Shown: in pieces, positions 1 through 13,900 of the stretch
How positions within the stretch are numbered: position 1 is the first letter of the stretch
Layout of the letters: the number at the start of each line of letters is the position of its first letter
Assembly: GCF_963676685.1 (NCBI RefSeq)
Contig: NC_092345.1
Location: forward strand, 107,570,001-107,634,000
Reading direction: 5' to 3'
Source: Mytilus edulis
Taxonomy: Eukaryota
Length of the DNA: 64,000 bases
Translations under genes and position numbers: made by a program
Notes under the pieces: generated by a model
Told to the model about the DNA's origin: nothing
What the model saw: the letters and a program-made list of their open reading frames with translations, nothing else
Database searches by the model: none

Positions 1-1254
1 ATAGTACATGGTAGTATTCAACATTCAGTTCTTAGTAAAAAGGAAGCAGATTATATAGAAATTTCTACTTGTATGTTTACTAATATTGATGACAAATCAT
101 CCTATAGAGCAGTTACTTTGTATGCTTGGGACAGTTTTGAGTTTTTAGAATATCAGATAAGAAAAAGATTAGCTTTTTCATCAAAGGTAAAAGTTCGTTT
201 ATGGTTAATTGTGCAAGAAAATGGAAATGAAATTGTATTTGATAATCTTGAAAAAGTTTCAGGGTCAGTTGTTGCTAAATTATCAGAATATCTCACTTGG
301 CTGTCTGAATTCCTATCCAAGAGAGACCAGCAGACAACTTCAAAAAGTAATGGGGTACGAGATCCATTCCTATTTACAGAAAGGAAGGTTCAAATTGTTG
401 TTGCCATAGAACCTTTAGCTTTCGATTTATATCAAAGTAGAAAAGATGCTGATGGTTGGATGCAGTATGATGTTGACTTGGGAGGAGAGTGTGATAGTAT
501 TGTTACCTTGGCAACAATCAGCAATCACTGGGATGAAATTTTCACCAATTGCCTTGATGAACTCACAAGAGAGATAACTGATATTACCTTGGACAAACGA
601 GCAACTCTTATTAATACAGCAAAGGATATTGTAAACGAAAAGATTTCACAGACAAATATAATCCAGGTGGAAATGGAAAACAAGATAAAGCAGTCGGACG
701 AGAAAGACAAACTTCTGATGAAAAAAGAACGAGAAATGAAGGAAAGAGAAGATGAACTGAAACAAAAGCTTGTTCAGTATAAAGAGGGCCTGGATTCCTT
801 CATGAAAGAAAAGTGTCGTCTTGAATTAGAGTGGAAAAAGGTACAAGAACAAAACATTATAACTGACTCTCAAATCACACTTGATATAGGAGGAGAGAAG
901 TTTACAACTTCCTTAACAACTTTAACTAATGTACAAGACTCTGTCTTTGTTCATTTATTTTGTGGTACCTATATTGCAAAGCCAGGCAAAGATGGCAGTT
1001 TTTTCTTCGACAGAGATGGAACTCATTTTCGTCATATTCTAAACTACCTTAGAAATGGACCAAAAGCAATTGCAAGCATTCCTAATGAAGAAAGTGTTCT
1101 TGAGGAAATATTGAGTGAAGCTAAATATTACATCTTACCCGAGCTGGAAGCTTTGATACAACAAAAACTTGAAAATATGAGTGTACAGTCTGTAGCCATT
1201 GGTGACATGGAATTCATTTCTTATCCTTCATTTTCATCTAACTCCTCTAAATAA
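1..1254 (+). CDS. BTB/POZ (KCTD/T1-type) domain protein with central coiled coil; possibly 5'-incomplete
   Basis: 393-aa ORF 73-1254; the frame is also open from base 1. C-terminal ITLDIGGEKFTTSLTTL...FFFDRDGTHFRHILNYLRNG is the KCTD BTB signature, preceded by an E/K-rich coiled-coil-like segment. AATAAA at 1322. Confidence 0.85.
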   Translation: MVHGSIQHSVLSKKEADYIEISTCMFTNIDDKSSYRAVTLYAWDSFEFLEYQIRKRLAFSSKVKVRLWLIVQENGNEIVFDNLEKVSGSVVAKLSEYLTWLSEFLSKRDQQTTSKSNGVRDPFLFTERKVQIVVAIEPLAFDLYQSRKDADGWMQYDVDLGGECDSIVTLATISNHWDEIFTNCLDELTREITDITLDKRATLINTAKDIVNEKISQTNIIQVEMENKIKQSDEKDKLLMKKEREMKEREDELKQKLVQYKEGLDSFMKEKCRLELEWKKVQEQNIITDSQITLDIGGEKFTTSLTTLTNVQDSVFVHLFCGTYIAKPGKDGSFFFDRDGTHFRHILNYLRNGPKAIASIPNEESVLEEILSEAKYYILPELEALIQQKLENMSVQSVAIGDMEFISYPSFSSNSSK

Positions 1255-1793
1255 GTTTTAAAAGAATACAAATTCAAGACTTAAATAGATTTGAAATTAA
1301 AAAAAAAATGTCTTTGATTTGAATAAAATAACTCTAGTTGGTCATCTGTTCGTTTATACCCTATTGACATTAAACATAAAACCTATATTTAACATCAATT
1401 TGCTGTACTATTGAATGAAATGGTAACCCTTTTTTGTTACAACTATTCAATGCAGTATTGGTTTTAACAATTACTCTAATTGGTACAGTTGTACTTCAGG
1501 CAATAACTGGAATTTGGTACAACTGTTCATTCCAGTATTGAATTAAACATGTACTCAAGTTGGTTCAACTGTTCATTGGACTATTGACTTTACACAATTA
1601 CTGTAGCTGCATTTACATCTGTTCGTCGGACTATTGGCTCTAAACAATAACAACAGTTACAATAGATGGTACATGTGTTTATTACAACACTATTGGCTTT
1701 AAACACTTTCTCGAATTTACATATGACGAAGCTCTGAACTTATACATTGTGTTATTGTTCTATGATAATTTTTGTAGTCTTCAAGACTTGTCC

Positions 1794-2148
1794 TTTTTAT
1801 GTCCCACCTACGATAGTAGAGAGGTTTTCTGGTCTGTCCCTCCGTCTGTTTGTTCGTCTGTTCGTCCGTCCGTCCGTCTGTCCCGCTTCAGGTTAAGGTT
1901 TTGGCCAAGGTATCTTTCTATTTTTAAAGCCAAATCAGACTTCGAGTTTCAGGTTAAAGTTTTTGGTCAATGTAGTTTTTGATGAAGTTGAAGTCCAATC
2001 GACTTGAAACTTAGTACACATGTTCCCTATGATATGATATGTCTAATTTAATGCCAATTTAGATTTTTTTACCCAATTTCACAGTCCATTGAACATGGAA
2101 AATGATAGTGCGAGTGGGGCATCCGTGTACTTTGGGAACATTCTTGTT
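1794..2148 (+). mobile_element. Non-autonomous HINE/DINE-1-like (Helentron-associated) dispersed repeat
   Basis: T-rich start TTTTTATGTCCCACCTACG followed by a (GTCC/GTTC)n microsatellite; ends GGGGCATCCGTGTAC..ATTCTTGTT. A closely similar copy lies at 38432-39379 and a fragment near 13960-14130. Confidence 0.65.
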
Positions 2149-5100
2149 TGTTGTTGAGTGCTTTGTTTATATGCCCTATTGTGTTTCTTTGTTCTTTTTT
2201 TAAACTCTTATGAAATCCACAATAGGCATATAGATAAGCGCAAGAAGGACAAGGGAAATTTTTCTTTAGATTTATGCAGAATATATGCTGAAAAGATTAA
2301 GTTCAGGGTAAAGATTCGGTCACAGTACTTAAAATCATTCAATCCTTATTGGGGGAATTAATAATGATAAATAAAATCGTATAACAAAAAAAGCTACGAA
2401 AGATGGTTGCTAAATTATGTGCTTCTTTGTTTCATATTTTTTATAGTGAAATTAGAACACAATGTTTACTGCTGTACCCCTATCTTGACATTATTTTTTT
2501 TAAAATTATTTCTGGTTGTTTTTGTTCGTTGACAATATAATGGAATTTGATGCCACTGTCATACAAGTGAGAGGTTAAGCTAGCTATAAAACCAGGTTCA
2601 ATTCACCTCTTTTTTACATAAGAAAATCCCTGTGCCAAGTCAGGAATATGGTAGTTGTTATCCATTCGTGTGATGTGTTATGAGCTTTTGATTTTGCCTC
2701 CTAGTTCAATATTTTTTGTAATTTTACTTTTTGGTACTACTGTTTATTACAGTATTGGATTTAAACTGTTACTTTAATTAGTACATCTGTTCATTGGACT
2801 GTTTACTTTAAACAATTACTGTAGTTGCATGGTACATCTGGTTTGGACTATTGGCTCTAAACAATTACAACAATAACAATAGATGGTACATGTGTTTATT
2901 ACACAATCGGCTCTAAACACTTTCTCGAATTTAGTACTACTGTTTATTACACTATCGGCTTTAAACACTTTCTCGAATTTAGTACTACTGTTTATTACAG
3001 TGTTGGCTTTAAACAGTTACTCTAGTTGGTACAGTGTTGGCTTTTACTGGACAAACTACTAGCTTATGGTGTATCTGCACTTTCAGTATCCCCCTTGAAT
3101 TCATATCTTTCTAACAGAAAACAACAAATCAAAGTCAATGGTATTCTGAGCAGTTGTACTGACATACAGAAAGGTTTACCGTGCCTAAAGGTTTAGTTTT
3201 AGGCACTCTATACTATTTAATATGTTCATAAATGATATCTTGCACTTTGCGAAATTGTGATTAAAACATAGGCTAAAAATAAGTTGAGCCGATCACTGAA
3301 AATATTGACTGTAGCGACAGCAACTTTGTGGATTGGCAGTAAATTCCACTTCATCTCCAGAGACGGCATGCACAAAGCTGAGCCCACAAACGTAACGTCT
3401 TCAAATTACAAAAACCATTTACGACGTCGGCATTTCCCCCCAGAAAACGTAAGCGTAACAAACACGCTGGACACTTAGTTTATCACATAACTTTAAACAT
3501 TCACGTTCAACATATTTCTTTTTTTTTTTCGAACAAAAAAGAGCAGCAAATGCACATTCTGAAAATATAAATAAATATATGCTTAGAGCAGTGCAGTGGA
3601 AATAATTAGCGACTATGTCGTGGATCCTTTTCAGAAAATAGCGTTAAAACGACATTTCTTCAGATTGTAACATAATAGCTGGACAATTAAAAAAATCAGG
3701 TGTTCAGTCTGGACTATCGAATCATTCATATGTTGCAGATAATATTAATCATCTGGTTATGCACATTTGGAATACCAAGTTATTTTGAAAATAAAAAGAT
3801 TGCAATTACATACTTTTCTTACCGATTCCTCAATTTTGATTATTCCTTCCAAATTACTACTTCTTACACATAACGAAGATCATTCCAAACTTATCTACCA
3901 TGGTCCTTTTTGATTTCTTTGCGGTAAATTTCATATGATGTCCAAGTCCAAATCTTAACAATTATATGTACGAAAATGCGGGAAAATATGTTGAATTTGT
4001 ATAAGTTAAGGTCAAAAACTCTATTTTATGCTAATTTAATGTTACAAGTTACACTGTATTTTTGGCGTTTTCTATATGTCCGGTTCATGCTTTATATATA
4101 AAATTTTAATTTACCTTACTAGTAATGTGGATTCTAATGGCATGCATTCATCATTTTATCATAAAAAAAAATTCTTCTTCAAAAAATATTATAAACACAG
4201 TTGGATAAAACTATTTAAAAAGCGCATTTTACAGTTGCCGTCAACTTTGTGCACGCCGTATGAGTTATGGTATACGGAAAAAATGAAAATTTATATGTAT
4301 CTTTTTTGTTTGAAATGTATTAGAAAAAGATATTATGTTTATGCGGGTTCTACTGTCTGATAGAATGAGAATATCAGATGGGATTGCTATGATTTCATGT
4401 ACTATTTCGTAGACTGTGACATTATCAATCTTGTGCGTAGTCTTCTTTCTTGTAGTGTGGACCAGTTTAATGAGTTTATCATGTTTGTCAGACTACTGAT
4501 GTTATGTTTCCCGTGTCAGACATACACGTATCTGGCAGTTCGACTTTGGACGGTTGACGTCTGGCAAGGCTATTTTATTTTTTTTTCTGGGTCGCCTTCC
4601 TGATCTCAATTCAAATTTCTAATGGAGTTTGCAACAATAACTAAACATTTAAATACATCATAAAGTATTAAAATATAAAATGTCATACAGTCATGGTTAA
4701 AATTAATATTAATTAGTAGCAACTTCTAAAATAATGAATGGGGAATGTGTCCAACGGGACACAGATGATGCCCCCACTAGCATATAATGTTATAAAGGGA
4801 CATAACTCAAGAACTGTAAAAGTGAAGCTGCCAAAAATTGAACTTAAACTGAGGTTAGGGGACGACCATTTGATATTCTTGGGGGGGGGGGGGGGGGCAG
4901 GAGGATTTTGAAAATAGATAAGTCAGCCTTGATAATCACAAAAATAAATGGTTTGTTCTGTGGTAGTTTGAAAATAAATTACCTGGCTTGCAATGTATAG
5001 AAAATAAATAACTCAGCAGGTCTAATCGAAAGTATGAGATGGCACCAGATTCTTCATAAATTCATCTTTTTTTCCCCAAAAAAATCGGGAAACACTTCCC

Positions 5101-6746
5101 AAGTTTTTTAATAACAAAAGTATAAATATTATTTAAATATACTTGAAATGTCTGAAAATTGGTTTCATTTAACTTGAGTTATATTGTCTCAGGAAACCTT
5201 ACCTCACTTTTATTTTAACAGGGCTATAACTACATGTAGGAAATTTCAAAACCAAACACTTGTCTCCATATCAAATTGTGTTCACGGCCTTGCAAGAAGA
5301 AAGTTCTGTTTTCCCTCAGACTTATAGCCCTGATTTTTCGGGACCAATGTTTCTTATTTATTTGTCTTGTGTTCATTGATTGCCCTTCTGTATTCTGTTA
5401 GTGTTGCATTCTTTTTGTAATCTAGTAATTTTGTTATAAAGTTGATAATGAGTTTAAAAAAAAACAGCAGCCGCAGACTAACTATGTGAATTCCATTTTT
5501 GCTTTATCATGCACATTGGTCTTTTGATGTTGTCCCTAGAAACTTCAGTCTTACACTGAATTTATACATTTGGCTTTGAGACCAAAATATTGTCAAAAAT
5601 TATTAAAACAAAACTTCATTTTCAGATTATGAAAGGGTCTTCGGAACACCCAGAAAGCTTGATTTTGCATCATTTGTCTATAGCTTCTTGGGCCTTCAGT
5701 GGCTCCAAAACCCTTCCAAAAAAAATTTGCCTCGCTCCGCTCGCGGCGTAGTATGTTTGCCAATACATTTAAAAGTGCCTAGTTATAACTAAACTATAAT
5801 ACTATGTATGTATGCAATACATGTATATGCAGTTGGGAATTTAAACGTTTCATTTCTGCAGAGGGCCCGGGGTGGTTGATCTAATTAAATGGTACACAAT
5901 GACTTAACTATACTATATGTATTATTCATAATAAACAAATCCTTTAAAAATTGGATGTTTTCGAATATCAAAAATATAGTTGTGAAAATGAATAATCATT
6001 ATTAAACATTGTGGTACAATTTCAGAACAATTGAAACACTTATATTCAACTTATTCTTGCAATCGATAAATGCTTCTTTGGGCCCTTTGGGCCCCTATTC
6101 TTAAACCTTAGAGACCATAACCCCCAAAATCAATCCCAAACTTCCTTTTGTGGTTATAAACATTGTTTTAAAATTTTATTGATTTCTATTTACTTATACT
6201 AAAGTTATTATCCGGAAACCATCCGTCTTCCGACGAGGCTGACGACGACGACGACGATGCCGACAACGACATTATACAAATATACGACCGCAAAAATTTA
6301 CGACCGGTCGTATAAAACTGTTAAAAATCAGATTGAAATGGTTTGACTCATCAGATCCACACAAAGCATAACTCATAGCTAATGGAAACAAATTATTGCG
6401 CTTCTTAAAAAGAAATTTAAAAACATACAAGAACAACAAAACTCGGGCATATCCTGGCACTAGTCCGACCATTTTCGTATGGGACACGCACTGTTGAAGA
6501 AACCTCTAAAATCGAGATGGTCGGTCATAATTATTTGGACTAGGTTTTATGCAGATAACTTTCTTTTCTTCGTATGAGCTTTCTATTATAAGGAACACCC
6601 CTTATCGGGTAATATTAAAATATTAAAAAGGGGGAAGAAACAGGGATAAAAAATATTACATCAAGGTAAAATCCAGTGGTGGTGTGCTATACATTGACAG
6701 TGAATTGTAAAAAAAAAAGTCATAATAGATAAAAGAAACAATTATA

Positions 6747-7377
6747 ACGTAACGGTACCCAAATTGCACCGAGTACCCAAATTGCACCTATTTAGCAAAA
6801 ATAGCAGCGGAAATCTTACAATATTTCCTAGAGACTAAACAATTTGTATTTTTATTATTTGATACTATGTACGTCTTTCAACATATGTAAAAATATTTAG
6901 ATATACACAAAACGTTCACAGTATTTATCAACAGATGAAGTGTTTACTGAAAAAGCAAAATGTACCGAAACGTCGCCATGCGACGTCATCAAAACGTCAT
7001 CTTTTTAAAATTAGCAAATACAATATGTTTCAAGTATCCATTTCTTAACAAATGAAGAGTTAGTATGGACAAATATTCAATTGTTCAAAATATTTGAAAA
7101 AATTAAACAAAAGCTCTGTTATTCGACTTTTGACGATGCGAATTTAAGCATGGATGCAATTTGGGTACCCCTCCTTTCAGAATTATTGATGGTTTGGAGG
7201 TTAGTTCAGACCAATTTTTCTATGATTCCATATGAATTAAAAATCAAATTGGTGTACCTAAATAATAAAGAAGGACACAGCTACAAAATAAACACCAAAT
7301 GGAAAATTTTGTCTTAATCATAAAAAAACGTAGTTGAAAAAACTATCAAAATAGGTGCAATTTGGGTACCGTCACGT
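6747..7377. mobile_element. MITE with ~25-bp TIRs, TA/TATA flanks
   Basis: ACGTAACGGTACCCAAATTGCACC ... GGTGCAATTTGGGTACCGTCACGT, with TATA on both sides. Confidence 0.75.
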
Positions 7378-8189
7378 TATACATAAAAAAAGATAAACCA
7401 ATCTACAGAAGGTCATATAACCCTAATAATTAGTCATTCATTTTACCAGCAAAAAGCTTTCTTTAAATTATGTAAGAATAAAATTAATGTTACAGAATAG
7501 TGGGATCGATATATATATAGTAACATTCATGATCATTTAAAAATGATCATTTAAAAATTTATCTATAAATAAATATTTCACTTTTTCATTGTCTATGATT
7601 CACTATCCAATTTTTTATGATAATTTAATTGTCAGCCGTCTAGCATTTTCAGAAGAGATAATCTTTTGTAATGTAGCTTGAAACAGAAGTGTCTTGTAAG
7701 CGTTTCCAGTTTAAGAATTAACTCTTCTTTGACATGAAAAAGCTATTTATACTTGTAAGATTCTTGTAAAAATTTGCAGACGACAATATCTCACATGATT
7801 GCATTGCAATCTACTAACCGGAAATGGACTTTGTATCACAACAACCCAGTAGACACAAGTGGCCACAACTGATATATTTTGAAAAACGCAGTGCCTTGAG
7901 TAATTTCATTATTACTTTCAAAGCATTACTGCAAAATATGTATTGCAAAAGTTTTCATAGGGCAGTCAGTGGCAGTGCCACGACGATAAAGGACGATAAA
8001 GGCAAAACAAATAAATTTTTAAATACACCTTATCGCTATTATCCCGACTGACCCTACCGCTTGAACTTTTGACGCATACAGCAATCACTTTTCCATTGTG
8101 GCGTCAGATATTTTGTTTAGTGACGTCAAAAATTTACGGGAACCTGTGTGATATCTAGTAATGGCGGAAAAATAGCGATAAGGCGTTTA

Positions 8190-9792
8190 GGGTCTCCTTA
8201 CACGGTCACCTACATCTACCTAATATTTATTAACTTCAATATGTTAATAATGAGTATATATGTAACACTCTCAAACGTGTCCTTCCCCCCAAACGTGTTC
8301 GATTCCCCCAAACATTTCTTTTCTCCCTAAACTTGTCCGTAATGTTCAATATTCCCCAAACGTGTCCGATTTTATAACCCCCAAACTTGTGTGCTAATTG
8401 TTATTCCCGAAAGCGTGTCCAATATTTAAAGCCAGAATGTCACGTGTTTTATGTATCGCCTAAATAAAATCGCTTATAATGTTTACTGCAATTCTATGAT
8501 GGGGTACAATCACAGGCACTTGTTTCTATCCATAGGAAGGTTTCTATCCATACTAGGAAGGTCGACTATCCATATCCATATAAATAGAATTTATATTCTA
8601 TTTATATGGATAGTCGACCTTCCTATGGATAGAAACAAGTGCCTATGGGTACAATGCACAGGTGATGAAGTTGTTACATGTATTTATCAGATTTAGTTAG
8701 GTCAATGTAATTTTTTATGATTATCATAATTGCAAATTTAATTAGTAATTATTAATTAACTTTTGACTGAATTTGCTTATTGTCCAGTTGAAAGTATTTC
8801 ATATTCATTTAGAGCACACATTATTCTGGAGTTGAATTAGTTGTTAACTTTGTAAATTATTTTGTACTTATAACTCCGATAATGCCTTTTTCATTTATCC
8901 GAATATTGCATGGCGGGCTTTTAGCAGTGTTTTTATTCACTTTTGTCAATACATGTAGTTCTCCAATTGAATTAGTGTGTATTTCAAAAGCTCATCAAAT
9001 TATAAACTGGTTATCCAGTTTTTTAATAAATTTTCCAAGCATCACTAAAGACACACATTAAAGAGACATAACGTCCAGTGCCAAATATTTCTGCATAGGT
9101 TTTATAGATTCTTTTTTTATGAATATGGTTTTTATGTGATCCACGCTGGTTTTAATTGCAAATTTATTTTGTACTGTATAAATAAACTTTAGACTGTTGA
9201 TTACGTAGTCTCCAGTTGCAAGTACTTTATGCATATTTAGAGCGAACAATAGTTTTGCAAGTTTTAATGTTTTTACAGTTGTATAGTTGTAACTAAACAT
9301 GTCTGCTTACAATTTGCATACGACATAACCGAAATGACACCCCCCACTTTAACCCAGTTTATTCTGCCGGTTTGAAAAAGTACAAACATTCCTTATTTAT
9401 ATTTTTAATGAAATGGTAAAATTAGTACCGGTATATGTTAATAAAATGGCAATAACCAAATAACGCTTGTGTTATGGACACATTTGGGGGTTAGTTGAGA
9501 AATGGACACGTTTTGGGCGTTTATACAAATGACACGCTTTGTCGGTGTTTTCAACTTGACATGTTTTGCAGTTCAGTGACGTTGATGTGGACATGTTTGG
9601 GGGAATCCGACACATTTGAGGGGAAGGACACGTTTCTGAGTGTTACATATATATACAAAATAAAAAAAATAAAATTGAAATATTTGTAAACATGTTTAGA
9701 TTTTATTTTTTTCCCTAGTATGTGCCTTCTTGTAATCTTCGACATATTGAAGTTAATAAGTATTAGGTATAGATGAAGGTGCAAGGAGACCC
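8190..9792. mobile_element. Non-autonomous DNA transposon with long imperfect TIRs
   Basis: GGGTCTCCTTACAC..CTACCTAATATTTATTAACTTCAATATG versus CATATTGAAGTTAATAAGTATTAGGTATAG..GCAAGGAGACCC. Subterminal AAACGTGTCC / GGACACGTTT repeats are mirrored; TA flanks. Confidence 0.7.
8514..8644. repeat. Palindromic (hairpin) insertion
   Basis: AGGCACTTGTTTCTATCCATAGGAAGG...CCTTCCTATGGATAGAAACAAGTGCCT. Confidence 0.7.
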
Positions 9793-10858
9793 TAAATGCA
9801 ATTTAAAATTTTTTTTTGCCTTTATGGTCGTGGCACTAGTGCAAATGATTATGATGTCTAGAAAGGCTATTTTATTACTATGCCACTTTACTAATTGACA
9901 AGACGTCTTGAAAAGCTATTTTTTTTTTCAACTAAAATTTGTCATAGGAAGGCGTCACAGATTTTTTTTTTATAGAAGCCATTCTAGACATAATTATTTG
10001 GACTAATATTGATCCTTATAAATGATGTAGGTTACATCAAGTAATTTAGGACTACAATTTCCTTTTTGATGTGTAAAAATGGTAGAGCAGTTGCTTTAAC
10101 TCCCTATTACTGTATCAAACAAGAAATAGCATCTGCTGGTCAATTTTTAATACCTTAATGACTGTTGTAGTTCTAGATCAATCTGTGGCTGCAAAATCAG
10201 AAAATTACCCTGAACACAGAATTCCAATGTCTGGGTAGATGACTATACCCGACTTTAAATAAATCTTTTATGCTTATGCTTTTAATGATGTAGCTTCTTG
10301 CAGAATATTTTTTTGTTTCATGTAAAGAGCTAGCTTGGTGAAAATACAGCTAAGCGTAAAAAGCAGGCCATTCTCCACTAAAACGGCTTTAAAGTATATT
10401 TTAGTGACATCTTGATTTTTTCCAAGCATTCAGTTTATATTCTCCCTACATGTACCTACATAAATATATTCATCTCATTATTTATCACAATTTTTATAAT
10501 CTAAATGTAAAGTCATAACATGGAGCTCATCCAAATTAAGATAGTCCAGGGCAGCCCTATGCTCAATGACTGATGTAGATTTTAGGACTTAATGACGTAA
10601 TATAATGTCTGAAACTAAAAACCCAAAACTTTTACAGAAACATGATGAAAAGAATTTTCAATCTTTCTATAAAAGTTTTAAAGAATTATGAGTATTTAAA
10701 ATGTTAAGCTGCAATCACTGTACGGCATTCAACAATGAGCAAAGCCCATACCGCATAGTCAGCTATAAAAGGCCCCGATAATGTTCTCTTCTTAATGAAC
10801 TAGGTGGCATAGATTTGGAGGGGAAAAAAAAGTTCTTATTGTAATGTTTATTTGTAGA

Positions 10859-10988
10859 ATGGCAGGTAACTTAGATCCAGACCTGATATATAGTACAACT
10901 GAAGAGAAGACATTCAGTAATCAGGATAAATTACCTCCCTTACCTGTACCAGACCTTAGTCATACATTGGACAGATATTTAGATTCTG
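10859..10988 (+). CDS. CROT: CROT coding exon 1
   Basis: MAGNLDPDLIYSTTEEKTFSNQDKLPPLPVPDLSHTLDRYLDS; AG at 10856-57, GTGAG at 10989. Confidence 0.9.
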
Positions 10989-13900
10989 GTGAGTTATAGC
11001 TACGATTATCTCCCTTACCTGTATTCGACCTTAGTCGTAGACTGGACAGATATTTAGATGCTGGTGAGTTATAGCTAGGATTATCTCCTTTACCTGTACC
11101 AGACCTAAGTCATACATTGGATAGATATTTAGATTCTGGTGAGTTATAGCTAGGATTATCTCCCTTACCTGTACCAGATCTTAGTCATGCACTGGACATA
11201 TATTTAGGTTCTGGTGAGTTATAGCTAGGATTATCTCCCTTACCTGTACCAGATCTTAGTCATGCACTGGACATATATTTAGGTTCTGGTGAGTTATAGC
11301 TAGGATTATCTCCCTTACCTGTACCAGACCTAAGTCATACATTGGATAGATATTTAGATTCTGGTGAGTTATAGCTAGGATTATCTCCCTTACCTGTACC
11401 AGATCTTAGTCATGCACTGGACATATATTTAGATTCTGGTGAGTTATAGCTACGATTACCTCCCTTACCTGTATTAGACCTTAGTCATACACTGGACAGA
11501 TATTTAGATGCTGGTGAGTTATAGCTAGGATTATCTCCCTTACCTGTACCAGATCTTAGTCATACACTGGATATATAGATATTTAGATTTTGGTGAGTTA
11601 AAGCTAAGTTTATCTCCCTTACCTGTACCAGTTCTTAGGCATACACTGGTTAGATATTTAGATGCTGGGTAATTAGCTAAGATTATCTCCCTTAGATTCT
11701 GGCGACTTAGTAATTAGGTTTCCCCATCATATATTTGACAGTCATAATATAGTTGTTATCCTGATCGGACGTCCCCATTTGATGAGGGGCCTAAAAGATA
11801 ACCATTGACTCAAGCCTAAGATTGTGATATTATAGTTACTGTTATATGGAAAGATGTAACAATAAGATTTAAAATGCTTTGACTGCAACTTCTGCAAGAC
11901 TAATATATAGAGATTAATACATGGCCTTTTCCATATCAGCCTGGGTATCATCCTGAGACCCCATATCAGCCCGAGACGGAGTCGAGGTGCTGATATGGGT
12001 CTCAGGATGATACCCAGGCTGATATGGAAAAGGCCATGTATTAATCGCTTTATCATATACTTCCGACAATAGTTTTATGTAAGGCAAATAAACTAATGCA
12101 ATAACTAAAACAGTCAAACATTTTATAAAGAAAATTAAAATTATGAATCAAATATACTATAGTTGTCCAACAACAGCATTATACTCCTTATATATTTATG
12201 GTAACATTTCCTATAGAGGCATTTTGAAACATTGAAAATTTGGAAGAGTTTTGCGATCATTACTACTCCATGTTTGTTGTACTATAAAATGATTCATAAT
12301 TGTCAATGGCATTTGTTAGCAAGTATTAAACTATCCCCACAAAAGTTCCCGTAAATTTTGACGTCGTCATAAAAAAACATCTGACGTCACAATGGAAAAG
12401 TAAACAACCGATACCGGAAACATTGGAAGTAACTTGCACGAGAGGCACTGATATGGGTTTTTTGCACGAGAGGCACTTGATATGGGTTATCAGCCCGGGT
12501 GGGAAGATATGGCTTGTGCACTTCCGCCCATTACGCATATGCAAAAGCTATCATATTAATGCTAAGTATATGATAAAGATATTTATTATCTGATGGGTTA
12601 TTCCCCCTCCATGTACATATGTGATTTGAGTAGACATTTTTTATCTGATGGGTTATTCCCCCTGCATGTATGTGATTTGAGTAGACATTTTTTATCTGAT
12701 GGGTTATTCCCCCTCCATGTATGTGATTTTAGTAGATATTTATTATCTGATGGGTTATTCCCCCTGCATGTATATGTGATTTGAGTAGTCATTTATTATC
12801 TGATGGGTTATTCCCCCTGCATGATCTGAGTAAACTTACTAGACAGATGTTTTTGTTCTGCTCTTTGGTTGGGTTGTTGCCTCTTTGACACATTCCCCAT
12901 TTACATTCTCTATTTTATTAACATTCTATAATTATACCTGACCCTTGGTGCGTTAATAGCAAATAATTTTCTTTTTCAGTAAAACCCCACGTAACACCAG
13001 AGCAATATAGACAGACAGAATTTATTGTTCAACAGTTTGCATCTGGTGTTGGCAAACAATTGCACAAGGAGCTTTTAGAAAAGGCTAAACACTCTAGAAA
13101 TTGGGTATGTAAAAGGCCTATTATATTAGGATTTACACTTAAACTTTTTGATTTATAACAGTTTATGTAAAATATCAATATTTATTTCATCAGTTTTTGG
13201 ATCTTCCCTGAATTCTTGTCCTGAGTTTTAAAATTACATTCATCATGTACAATTTATAAAAACTGTCTTATTGTAACTGATGTTAAGAGAAGGTAAATTT
13301 GGACCAGGCCTATAAGAAGATGTGACATAATTGCCAATGAGACATTATCCTTGTTCATTTTGTATCACCTATTATCGAAATAATACCCATTAATTATTTG
13401 TTTTTTTCCTCCCCACCCATATTTTGTTCTTTGCCTTACTACAGCTTTATTTTACTGCTTGGGCATGACAAGACTCTATAGTAAGAAATATCTGTAAAGA
13501 ACTTCATCATCAATACTAAGGTTACTTAATTATTAACTTTATTGTTTTATGGACGAATTGGATATAAATGGCTGATTATTTAATTCTTCAGTTGGAAAGT
13601 TGGTGGGATTCAGCTGCTTACTTAGAGGGTCGATACCCAGTGGCACCTCATGTTAACTTTGGTGGACCTGGACCATATATTCACCATGTCTACCCACCAA
13701 AGGCAGGCACACAAATTCACAGAGCTGGCATGATTTTGCATTCATCACTAAAATTCTGGCAGTTGGTTAGACAGTATGTTAATTTCACAATTATAAAAGA
13801 ATTAACCTTTTAATACTGAAATCTTGTAAAATGAATATAAAAAACAACATGCAAGCATAAGTATGTAACATGATTTAAGAAACAGATCTTAATCGATAAT

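Noticed and set aside
1430-3050. Degenerate ~40-bp repeats (ACTATTGGCTTTAAACA..GGTACA) as a structured RNA array
   Set aside because: They look like an old minisatellite interrupted by insertions, and no conserved fold is visible.
11742-12117. Minus-strand ORFs of 104 and 67 aa
   Set aside because: They arise from the palindromic element and show no protein motif.
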